Below, one piece after another: positions 19,885-30,460 of a DNA stretch of 64,000 nucleotides (positions are counted from its first letter, which is position 1; each line of letters opens with the position of its first letter). The DNA comes from Blastocystis sp. Blastoise. Lineage: Eukaryota > Protista > Bigyra: Opalinata. A model generated the notes under the pieces. That model ran no database searches. It was not told the origin of the DNA and was given only the letters and a program-made list of their open reading frames with translations. The stretch covers positions 62,001-126,000 of the forward strand of contig JBBPEB010000002.1 in assembly GCA_039096225.1 (NCBI GenBank), written 5' to 3'. A program made the translations under genes and the position numbers.

Positions 19885-21531
19885 ATGCAAAGTTGTATAT
19901 TAGGAATGCCAAGTCCTGGTACTTTTGGTATGAATTTAATTTCAACTGGAAAAGAATATAGGCGATATAATACACAACCATTACATAAAATGGATCAATA
20001 TAATCCAATATTTCATGAAATAGGTCCAAATTCATCTATGCCTGTGTCTACTTTAGAAAGTAAAGAAATACATGATGGTAAAGAAGATGATTATGTAGAT
20101 CGTTCTAAAACATTTGGTAAAGATGCTGTTCCACAAGGAAATGGTGCTTTAATTCGTGCTAGAGCAGCAGGTAAAGGTATAATGAAAGCAGCTGGTCCAG
20201 AAGAAGATAAAATAGATGGTGAAGATCGTCAATATAAAGTATTAAATCCATGTAAACCAAGACGTAAATCTGGTAGAGGAATTATTCCAAATAAATCAGA
20301 AATCAATAAATTAGAGAATAATCAAGGTTCTGGTATTGGTGATGCAATTAAAAATAAAGTAAAAGATATGTATCAACGAAATGTATTAGATATAAGAGAT
20401 GCTATTGTAGATAAAAAAGCTAATAGAAAAGCTCGTGATGCATTAGCTATTTTAGCTCAATATGTTGGTGACGGTCATCATGATCTTGATGATGAATTCA
20501 AAAGATTCTATGAACATAAAATAAAACGTGGTGGAAAAATTCCTATATCTGTTGCTTCAGCAATTATGAATGCAATTAAAAATAAGAAAATGATTATTAA
20601 TCCAAAATTAAGAAGAATGTTAAGACCCTCTATTATACCAAAATATATAGATTTAGATTCAGTTCAAAGTGGTGATGGTATATTAAGAGTAAAAAGAGGT
20701 GGTGGATTCTGGAGTGGATTAATGGATTATGCACCAGCTCTATTAGGTGTAGTTGATAAAGGTATGGATTCTTTTGCTAAAGGTAGAAAAGCTTATTATG
20801 ATACACATTTGGCACAACAATCAAGTGAATTAAATGATATGGAATTTGAAATGGAAAAATTAAAACGTCAACAAGCATTAAATGAAATGAAAAAGCAAAT
20901 AGGTTCTGGAAATACTATAAATAAAATGTTTGAAGGATATTATGATGTAGCTGATGAAATGCAAGATGCTCTTGATGAAGATGATAGACTACATCCACAA
21001 CCCGTTGTTCAACCTCCACCACCTCCACAACAACAAGTTGATCGACCTACTCAACCTCGACCTCCTCAACATTCGCAACCTCCTCAACCTTATAAACCTA
21101 TGCCTCGTGATGAACAAAGTTATCCTTATAAGATTTATGGTTTCCCTCAAAATGATAAAGAAAAAGTCGATAGAAAATGGAAAGAAGATGAAAGGGATAA
21201 ACGAATAGCTGCAAGAAGAGCTAAACGTAGAGGTTATGGTGGTCGAGTTAAATTAAGTAAAGCAGAATTCTTAGAACGAATGAGAAGAGGAAAAGAAGCT
21301 AAAAAGAAAAGAGGTGGTGATTTGAATCCATTAGTATCATTTTATACAGATTTTATAATACCTGCAGGAGTGGCACGAAAAAAACGTAAAATACAAGAGG
21401 CTGATTTAAAACAATTACAAATTATAAAACAGAAAATAGATAATAATGAAACATTAAATACAGGTGACGAATTGTTCTGGAAAAAAAAGAAGTATATGTT
21501 ATCAAAAAACTCAGGGGAGGGGATCTGGTAA
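19885..21531 (+). CDS. Basic core polyprotein-like precursor with many GxG/GG motifs
   Basis: 548 aa, K/R-rich, ~12 GxG/GG motifs, including RGGGFWSGLMDY followed by an amphipathic helix; directly upstream of the protease. Confidence 0.6.
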   Translation: MQSCILGMPSPGTFGMNLISTGKEYRRYNTQPLHKMDQYNPIFHEIGPNSSMPVSTLESKEIHDGKEDDYVDRSKTFGKDAVPQGNGALIRARAAGKGIMKAAGPEEDKIDGEDRQYKVLNPCKPRRKSGRGIIPNKSEINKLENNQGSGIGDAIKNKVKDMYQRNVLDIRDAIVDKKANRKARDALAILAQYVGDGHHDLDDEFKRFYEHKIKRGGKIPISVASAIMNAIKNKKMIINPKLRRMLRPSIIPKYIDLDSVQSGDGILRVKRGGGFWSGLMDYAPALLGVVDKGMDSFAKGRKAYYDTHLAQQSSELNDMEFEMEKLKRQQALNEMKKQIGSGNTINKMFEGYYDVADEMQDALDEDDRLHPQPVVQPPPPPQQQVDRPTQPRPPQHSQPPQPYKPMPRDEQSYPYKIYGFPQNDKEKVDRKWKEDERDKRIAARRAKRRGYGGRVKLSKAEFLERMRRGKEAKKKRGGDLNPLVSFYTDFIIPAGVARKKRKIQEADLKQLQIIKQKIDNNETLNTGDELFWKKKKYMLSKNSGEGIW

Positions 21532-21563
21532 AGAGTAAAGATGAAAAACTTATTCAAAATTCA

Positions 21564-22097
21564 ATGAATTGCGATAATCCTATTATATCTGATAAAACTC
21601 GTCATGTTACTCCTAGATCCCCTGATAATTTTAAACAAACTCTATCTCAATATTGTAATATACCCAATTCTTTAATATCTCAATTATATAATTATGCTTA
21701 TTTAAATAAACCTACTTCTTCTGTTGCTTGTGATCGTGCTGAAAATGTTATGAAACAATTAAATAAAATGAATTCTCAATCTTATAATTATTATAATAGT
21801 TATGATGATTTTGAACAAAATATAGATCAAGATCAAACTAAATTTAATATTATCTTTCATTAATGTCCTAGTGATCCTTATAATGGTCATTTTGAAGCTG
21901 TTATTTATAATGGTAATAAAAATATAGAACACTATTCATCATTAGGAAATAAACCTACTTTTTCAAAATCATTTATTCAAAATCATAATATTCAATATAA
22001 TCCTATTCAACACCAAAAAACTACAAGTAATGCAAATGGTTGCTTTTATTATTCTTTACTTTATTTACTTTCTAATGGAAATCTTATGCCTTGTTAA
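21564..22097 (+). pseudogene. Adenain/Ulp1-clan (CE) cysteine maturation protease interrupted by an in-frame TAA at 21861-21863
   Basis: The frame continues past the stop: NIIFH*CPSDPYNGHFEAV...IEHYSSLG...IQYNPIQHQKTTSNANGCFYY, matching the GHW...YFDSxG...Q...C pattern. Confidence 0.72.
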
Positions 22098-22101
22098 AAC
22101 C

Positions 22102-22124
22102 TTCTAGAACATTCTAGAACATTC
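22102..22124. promoter_or_regulatory. HSE-like array, 5 units
   Basis: TTCtaGAAcaTTCtaGAAcaTTC, upstream of ATG 22220. Confidence 0.65.
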
Positions 22125-22219
22125 ATTTTGAACTGGCTCTATTTGTAGAATCTTTAATTTATTATATTAGTGTTTTATATAATTAATTTGTTTTGTTTAA
22201 TCATTGGTTAATTTAAATA

Positions 22220-22597
22220 ATGAACAAGAAATATCTTAGTTATTCTTATTTTTGTCGTGTGATGAAGAATCTAAAAGAAGAAGGAATTAAATCCAAAAAG
22301 AATGAAATAGCGAATCTATTAGAACAATTTTTAAATAATAATAACAACAAGAATCTTAGTGATTTGCAATTGAGTTACTGTAGAAACATGTTACTTTATA
22401 TAGATGATCCTGTGATTCATCAACGTCTTGAAATGCTATTGGATAAACAATATATGAAGAATGAGAATCAATATCAAGAGGATAAGAATCTTATTCAACC
22501 CAATAATATGTTTATGCCAACTATGAAAAGTAATCAACAACAAAATCAATATCAAAATAATAATAATAATAATCTATCTTTCTTACCTTTTAATTAA
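22220..22597 (+). CDS. Hypothetical viral protein with Q/N-rich C-terminus
   Basis: 125 aa ORF, HSE-like array upstream, TTGTTTAGTT at 22621. Confidence 0.65.
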   Translation: MNKKYLSYSYFCRVMKNLKEEGIKSKKNEIANLLEQFLNNNNNKNLSDLQLSYCRNMLLYIDDPVIHQRLEMLLDKQYMKNENQYQEDKNLIQPNNMFMPTMKSNQQQNQYQNNNNNNLSFLPFN

Positions 22598-22670
22598 TTT
22601 TTATATCCTTTTATTACTAGTTGTTTAGTTATATTCAAAATTAAAGCAAAACAAACATGAAAACATAAAA

Positions 22671-23606
22671 TTATTCAATTAATTTTTTAAATAAATTATT
22701 ATTTTCTAAAGATACATAAGAATTAATATGTGTATAATCATTATGACATAAAGCAGAAGCAGAATTTTCTATATCTTGAAATGTATTGGTTGTAGTTGTA
22801 GCATATAATTTTCTTAATGCATTAATGGTCAATTTTGGATGGATTTGTTTTAAATGCTTATTCACAAACCAATCAAATGCTTTAGTAGTAAATCCAGTTC
22901 TTACAGAAGATTCAAATATAAATTTACGATTTGGATTTCTTTTTAAGAGTAATTCTAGATCTTCAATCAATTCTTTTGGTGCATCTAATTGAATTGTAGA
23001 GTATTTACCAGCAGTTTTATAATCATTTAATAGAATAGAACCAGTATGTTTCTCTTTATCATAAACAATATAATTCTTATGAATAGCTGGATCAATAGTA
23101 TCTTCTGGTGATAGAATGAATAATTGAGCATAATCAGCACGAGCAGGAGGAAGATAGGAGTAAAAATCTAATATTAATCGTAATGGGTTATAATTTTCTA
23201 ATTTATCGTGATATTCATGTAAATATGGAGTCGTAATACCATCTTTAATAAGATCTTGAATTAAAGTACGTTTCTTATTATCCAGATATTTTTCATACAT
23301 TGAATTGATAATCACATAAAATTCACACCATTTATTTAAAATACCTTCTTTATTTAATGAAGAAACATTACGTATAATAAATAAAATCAATTCACATAAC
23401 GATTTCATTGGACTAATTTTGATTTTACGTTCATTTACCATATAATCCATGAATGAATAAGGATTCTTTAAGAATTCTGAGAACTTTTTAAATGGTAATG
23501 GGAAAATATATAAATTGAAATAATTGGTTAAACGTTTTTTCCAAATATCAGAATAATTTGAATTCTGTATAACCAAAAGATACTTGTCATAATTTGTATT
23601 TTTCAT
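22671..23606 (-). CDS. Tyrosine recombinase 2 (PLV/virophage-type integrase)
   Basis: R (LPPARADY), K (LNDYKTAGKY), NxxR (INALRKLY), H and Y (LCHNDYTHINSY). First ATG at 23606; adjacent to the right TIR. Confidence 0.85.
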   Translation of the reverse strand: MKNTNYDKYLLVIQNSNYSDIWKKRLTNYFNLYIFPLPFKKFSEFLKNPYSFMDYMVNERKIKISPMKSLCELILFIIRNVSSLNKEGILNKWCEFYVIINSMYEKYLDNKKRTLIQDLIKDGITTPYLHEYHDKLENYNPLRLILDFYSYLPPARADYAQLFILSPEDTIDPAIHKNYIVYDKEKHTGSILLNDYKTAGKYSTIQLDAPKELIEDLELLLKRNPNRKFIFESSVRTGFTTKAFDWFVNKHLKQIHPKLTINALRKLYATTTTNTFQDIENSASALCHNDYTHINSYVSLENNNLFKKLIE

Positions 23607-23694
23607 TGATTTTCTCAAGTAGAATCTCTAAAACTTCTATTTTCAAAAGAATAATACATAAGAAAATCAAAATAAAATATCTAAGATTCTCATG

Positions 23695-23742
23695 TTCTAG
23701 AATGTTCTAGAAGTTTCGAGAATGTTCTAGAATATTCTAGAA
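23695..23742. promoter_or_regulatory. HSE-like array, 10 units, at the inner edge of the right TIR
   Basis: TTCtaGAAtgTTCtaGAAgtTTCgaGAAtgTTCtaGAAtaTTCtaGAA, ~90 bp upstream of the recombinase 2 ATG. Confidence 0.78.
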
Positions 23743-24096
23743 AATTGATATACATCCCGCCACCTAAAACCACTGGAACACAATTAGTTTCCCCAGTTTC
23801 CCTATTATAATTGTGTTTTTGTGTTCCAAAATCCCTCATTTTTACATTTTTAAGCAATTTGATTGGACAATTCACGATGACGCATCCTATTTCCATAACG
23901 GTCACCCTTGTTTCCAAAAGTCTCTCGTTATAATCGTGGTGGTGGGTACATCTTTTTACAAGACCACACCACCACCAGCTTTTCTTTCACCCACTATAAA
24001 TACATACCTTGATCACTTTACTCTTTTTATATAAATTTTTTTATGATTATCATGACTTTTTATATTATTTATTGATCACTATACATACATTTTTAT
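23705..24096 (-). repeat. Right terminal inverted repeat (portion that can be matched inside the window)
   Basis: Reverse complement of 1-392. Confidence 0.95.
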
Positions 24097-24479
24097 TTTT
24101 ATATATTCCCGTGATTATTTCTATTATTTCTTTTTAGATAGAACCATCCATTTCATCTTTTCTCTATATAAAGGGAGGGTCGGGGTGTGTGTTTATTTAG
24201 CACATTCTGTGCTTCTTTTCGTATTTCTTTCTGTATTCCCGTGATTATTTTACTCACTTTACCAACGATGGAGCCATTTCCCATGAATATTTCCTGTAAA
24301 GGGGAGGGTGTGAGTGTGTATTTTATTTCTTTTATGATTACTATGAGTTTCTCCTTGATCACTTTACGTTTCACGTTGGAATCGGAACACAAATAAATTA
24401 AAAATAAATAAACATGGGGAAAAATAAATACACACACACACTACCCTACACTCCCATGGTTATTTTACTTCAGAAATGT

Positions 24480-24605
24480 TATTAATTCTTCCGTCGAGAA
24501 CAAAAAGGGGGGATGACTTCCCCGCTTATGGCTGCGCGCGTCGCGCAGACTCTATGCGGGGTTTGCATACCCCCTTCTGCAGTTCGAAGAACGGAAGAAT
24601 TAATA
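24480..24605. repeat. GC-rich imperfect 126-nt foldback (MITE or element-terminal structure)
   Basis: Perfect outer arms TATTAATTCTTCCGT / ACGGAAGAATTAATA; inner stems GGGGG/CCCCC, CCCCGC/GCGGGG and CTGCGCG-cgt-CGCGCAG. Confidence 0.75.
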
Positions 24606-24658
24606 GAATGTGTAAAGTCTCTTTAAAAGTTATATTTTTGAGTTATTTGTGTTTAAAA

Positions 24659-25321
24659 TCATTATTAGAGACGACTGTAGAAATATTAACTTTTTAAATA
24701 ATGTTTTAGTTGTCAAAGTGACAATGAATGTTGACTTTGTTATACTTAAAACTTCAAAATTCTTTTAAAAAGTATTAAAATGAGTTAAAATTATTATATT
24801 ATGCTTATTTAAAGGAATTTTATGAATTAAAAATACTTCAAAGTTCTTCACATTGTTACTCATTTCTAAAATTATTGACTTTAAAACTCAAAAAAAGCTT
24901 TAAACAGTTGTTTAATCATTACTAAATACAAAATATATTTAAAAAATTTTTTTTGTGATGAATATAACTCAAAATATCGTTTTTAATTAAAAGATAATTT
25001 TTATTTGTTTTCATTTCTTATTTAAAAAGTCTAAAATACTCTTATATCAGGAATTGAACCTGATTACAATTATAAAATAATTGTAACTCTCCATGTAGAG
25101 TATAAGAAATAAATAATAAATGATTAATAATAAATAATAATAAATAATAATAAATAAATAATAAATAATTAATAATAAATAAATAATTAACAATAAATAA
25201 TAAACAATAAAAAATAAACAATATATAAAAATAATGAAGGATACTAAAAAACTAAACACACATATTTTCATGCAGCCGCGGTCCGGGGCCGTTAGGCACT
25301 GGACCTGCGGCGTGACCCTAG
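24659..25321 (+). mobile_element. Non-autonomous Helitron-like element (3' end clear, 5' end tentative)
   Basis: GC-rich hairpin 25275-25311 (GCCGCGGTCCGGGGCC-gtta-GGCACTGGACCTGCGGC), then CTAG at 25318-25321 followed by T; candidate A|TC 5' end at 24659. Confidence 0.55.
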
Positions 25322-25899
25322 TATATAGAATATGAATAGATATAGGAAAAATAAGAAAACAATAAAAAATGAAAATGGAAAAATAAGTGTTTTTATAAAA
25401 ATGAAAAATATTGGATAAAATAAAAATAATCCAATAATTTTGGTTAAAATTTTGTGCGAAAATGGTTTTTTGCGTTTTTTAGCCAGAAATTTAGAGTTTT
25501 CGAAAAATTTCTTTAACAGTCATTTTCAGAATTGTGTTCCGGTTTTTATGATGTTTTTTTTATTTTATAAAAGTTAATAACAAAGTCAATAATATACAAA
25601 GTGTGTGAGACACCGTACTTTTGGGCTGCTAAATTAGGGATATTAATTTGTCATTTTCATGTTATTTATAACCATTCATTTTTATTAATACAAAGATTCC
25701 TATTAAAACATAAAATTAGAATTTATAGAGAAAATGTTAATTTTTTCATGAATATATATGTCATTTTCATGTTATTTATTACCATTCATTTAAAAACGAA
25801 ATTTATCTACTAAAAATGAATGAGATAATTGACTCAGGACGCTCTAAATTGTAAAACTTGACTCAGGACAGTGGTCTTCGGCTCATTCTACGAGTGGGG

Positions 25900-26680
25900 A
25901 CTTTAAAAATGTTTAAAAATAATACTGGGGAAAACTCTATGTTTATTTTTTATTGACTCTTGAAGGGTATAGATGTATTGATGTATATATGCTATATAAA
26001 TAACTTTAATATGTATATATAGTATAGTATATATAGGAAAAGTGATAAGAATGGTATAAGACGGCATTAACATGGTAAGATGGTTATGATATGTTATTCT
26101 ATGGAGTTATGACGTGGTCTGATGGCTTTGGATTATGCTTTTATTGTAGTGGTGATAATAAGATAGGTATATACTGAATTATGTAATTATGATCATTAAC
26201 TATAAAATGTTTCTATAGGTCTCTTCCTTATTACAGTCACTTCGAAATGATATACTCTATCATTATATAGGATAGGAAATGAGAATAGTTATATTCATAA
26301 AAGAATGGGCATCATTATGGGTGTTTATGGTTAGCTGACTAATAAGGTTTTCATAATCAATTAGAATGACACTTTCGATGATAGTGGATCTATTAAAGAA
26401 TTATATATATATATTATTAATAAATGGAATGGATTAGGTGGTGTTATGGGCTGTATCTGCTTTATCTTGCTAATTATGCTAGTATGTGTAATTGTGGTTA
26501 TTTAGGATTATAGAATAGTCATATTGGTAATAGTTTATTAGAATTGATCTGGTCAGCATACTACTGGATTCTATGCTATTTGATTGTTATTATACTATTA
26601 GAACTCCATTATGATATTACTATATACGTTTAATAGATTAGGTCTTTAAAAATATGAATATATATGTTGTTTTGTTTCGA
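25900..26680 (+). pseudogene. Degenerate spliced gene fragment (membrane-protein-like) carried in the MULE
   Basis: GC-richer exon-like blocks with GT..AG borders and stops (e.g. GYDMLFYGVMTWSDGFGLCFYCSGDNKI, GLGGVMGCICFILLIML); TTGTTTTGTT at ~26667. Confidence 0.4.
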
Positions 26681-26899
26681 ATTAATATGTGTAAATAATA
26701 TAATATACAACAATAATATAACGATACTTAATAGAGTATACTAATAGAAAAATATATATATAAAGTTTTCAGTTATAGAAATAAACACAGAAGAAACTAG
26801 GAATATATAAGAAAGAAGATTTTTAAAACTAAAGAATAAAAAGTTTCTAATAATAATAATAATAACTAACTTATAATAACTAACTTTATAGAAATTAAA

Positions 26900-29800
26900 A
26901 TGAATAAATATAAAATATGAATAATAGCATATTAATAATATATTACGTTTCAATATAGAATGATATTGAGTAACAATTGTTGTTAAAAAATATATCTAAG
27001 TATAAAGTACAATATATACTTTAAATAATATACATAGAATCAATATTAATAGTATATATATATATAAGAGAAATCACTTCTATAACAATATATAATGGAT
27101 ATATATGAACCACAAAGTTGTAAAATACTCAGAATAATAATATGAGTAATGAAGAAAGAAGTATAAGGAGACTCTATATATATATCAAGTAGATAATAAT
27201 AATATACATTATTTATATTGTATATAATTATGTATATATAATATATATATATTATATATATATATATAATATATATAAGTATATACGTTAATAATAGCTA
27301 TCATCTAAATAACAAATAATTACTATTATATATATCAAGTATATAATAAATGTTCATAGTATTTGAAATCAAATTAAAATATAAATAAATCAATACTATA
27401 GACATAACATAATAGAATATATGTAATTAAATTATTATATGTATACAATTAATACTCATGACATTATATATAATATAAATACATACATAAATAGATAAAC
27501 CAAAAGCATTATAGATATAATTGAAGTACAAAACATATTATATAGATTTCTTTAAGTAGTATAATTTTGCCTATATAAAAATATCAAAGTAACATATATA
27601 AATATATTTCATAAACTATATATAATATATAAAGTAGAATATACAATGTATATATTAAATATAAAAGTTATAGTAAAATAGAAAAAGAATATAAAATAGT
27701 ATATATAGTATATATATACTATTATATATATTCTATGTTGTATATACCTAAGTAGTAGACTGATGTATCATGATAATAATGAATAATTGATAACCTATAA
27801 AACATGAAAAAGAGAAATATATATAGTATACCTTTCTGTTATAATATATATTGTGTAGATAGATGAATAAAGTAGTATATTATAGAGTGCATGAATTGAT
27901 TCTCTTTTCTAATCAACTTGTACATATATAATAATCCAGAAAGGTTAAAAGAAGTATAAGTATATTAGATATCTTATCAACGAAGGATAAACTATATAAT
28001 ACTCAGATCTGATATTTATATATTATTCATTCTATAAAAAGATAAAATTAGATATATATTAATATATGAAATTAAAATAAAAGTTATAAATAATCAATAA
28101 TATATAATATAAAAAATATATAATATATTAAGGTAATAATTCTTATATACTATATGTATATTATTTATGTATTCTATAGTTAACAACTATGTAGACATAT
28201 ACTAAATAAACACTCATGTTATCTAAACCAGACATAGCATATATTCCATGTTGATCCTTGATATACTATATAATGATATTACTATCCATATTTTTTATAT
28301 CAATATCAGTATAGATATAATATATATATATATTTTAGTATGTATAACATATATACTTTCAATATAATCCATGATACTGCTACTATATATTATATACTAT
28401 ATATTAAATTAAATTATATTTATATTATTCAAATATATTAATAAATAAAGTTAATATTTATATACCTTCAAATGATACTTTTTGTTATTATTTAGAATAA
28501 GAATTGAGTTACTATTTGAATCAGGAAGGAAGCCATTATAATTAATCTAATAGTGAAATAATTATATAAATATCTGAGTAGAGTGGATGAATACTAGAAA
28601 GATATATTTGATTATATCTATATATAGATAAGATATTAAAAACATAAATAATAACAGTTTAATAGATAAAAAGTTAATAATTTATATAATATAGTGATTA
28701 TATACAACAGATTCATGTTAAATAGAATCATTACATATCTGCTTATCATCTCCAGTAACTATATAAGTATATTGTTTAGGATCTATATAATAATTAAATA
28801 AATAATATAATTATATAATGGAATTCTTAAAGTAACAAGCTTATATAAACTAATATGGAAGAATAATGACATCAATAATTCATATATACAATAGAGAGAG
28901 TTAAAAGAAGACCTTAAATAGTAGTAGGAAACAACACTAATGCATAATATATATAATCATCTAAGTTTATTTCATTAATACTATATATATAATAGTATAT
29001 ACTTAATAAAGATAAAGTACCATATATATACTTATATATATATATTTAACAAATATTAGAAGAATAAATACTGTACATATCTATTATGTTATATATAGAA
29101 TATATGTTTATATATATATTTATACTTGAATAACCCATTTTTAAATATAAACCTATCTTTAAGAATATAGTTAACGTATTCTATACCTATATAATGATAT
29201 GTAATATATATATATATATAATTATATGAAAAATAATTATAAAAAGAAAAATAAATATATATTGAACTATACAAATAATAATATAGAACATAAACAACAG
29301 AATAGAATAGAATAGTATACATAAATATAAGCTTCTCAATATAAATAGGAACAGAAGGAGTGACTAGGAACTACACATATTTTATTGAGTACCTTAAGAT
29401 AGTTCTACTTATTCTGTATATATAAGAAACGTTAAAGAAGTATATATAATATTTGTATATATATTAATAGATGAAATATGAAAATCTATAATATCTACAT
29501 ATAAAAAGATAAGAAAAACTATAGGTATAGGAATAGTAGTCATATATATACATCTATAGGTAATAAAAAAAATTGAAGATCTTTCATAATACCTAATAAC
29601 TAAGAGATTACATTCAATTTGAACTATATGTATAATACATGATATATAAATAAGAAATATAAAATTAAAATAGAATCGATAACATTATAAATAATTCAAA
29701 GAACTTATTAAAAAAATTTATATACATAACTATTAACACTGGTGATAATATAAATAGAAGAAAGGAGGTCATTTGTACTATAAAGAAACAACTATATACA

Positions 29801-30414
29801 TATATATAAATATATTTATATTTACATTTATATACAAAAGTTATATAAAACTAATGTGTACCAAATATATTATGTTTTATAATGATTCTTTGAATAGAAT
29901 AATAGATACCAAATAAATACCACTTCAGCTAGTACTGTTTCTTCGGAGAGCTTTTCTAAATATATATAGATAGATATGAATCATAAAATAATAGATAATT
30001 TATTATATATAGAAAAGTAATCTAAAATATCTATAGAATAATTATTACTTTATATAATACCTGACTAATCATAAATGTTTTTATATAAATAGATTATAAG
30101 TATTCTTAACCAACAAACAGGATAGAAATATCAATACTTGTATAATAAAACCTATATATATGCTTTAATATAGATATAAATATCTATAAACTTAAATATA
30201 AATATATCTATAAACATTAATATTCGTATATATCTATATATATATTAGTATATCTATATATATAATGTATCATATACTATAAATATATACTTTAATATAT
30301 CTATACCTAGACTTCATTATATCTATATATATTCATTTTAGTATATCTATATCTAATATTTACTTTATTAGATCTATCTTTATAGATACTTTATATATAA
30401 CAATTCTTTTTGTA

Positions 30415-30460
<46 letters not shown>

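Larger units (their letters stand above)
1..24096. mobile_element. Endogenous Polinton-like virus (PLV) with long terminal inverted repeats; left end lies outside the window, right end may extend to ~24,470
   Basis: Inverted repeats 1-392 / 23705-24096 enclose dense intronless ORFs: packaging ATPase, capsid-like and penton-like proteins, adenain-like protease, primase-SF3 helicase and tyrosine recombinases. The flanking host DNA is intron-rich. Confidence 0.9.

Noticed and set aside
21861-21863. Alternative genetic code (TAA as sense) to explain the protease stop
   Set aside because: TAA terminates essentially all viral ORFs and DDX46, and long ORFs contain no internal TAA.
1-24096. Canonical Polinton/Maverick transposon
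   Set aside because: No protein-primed PolB motifs and no RVE integrase in any ORF.
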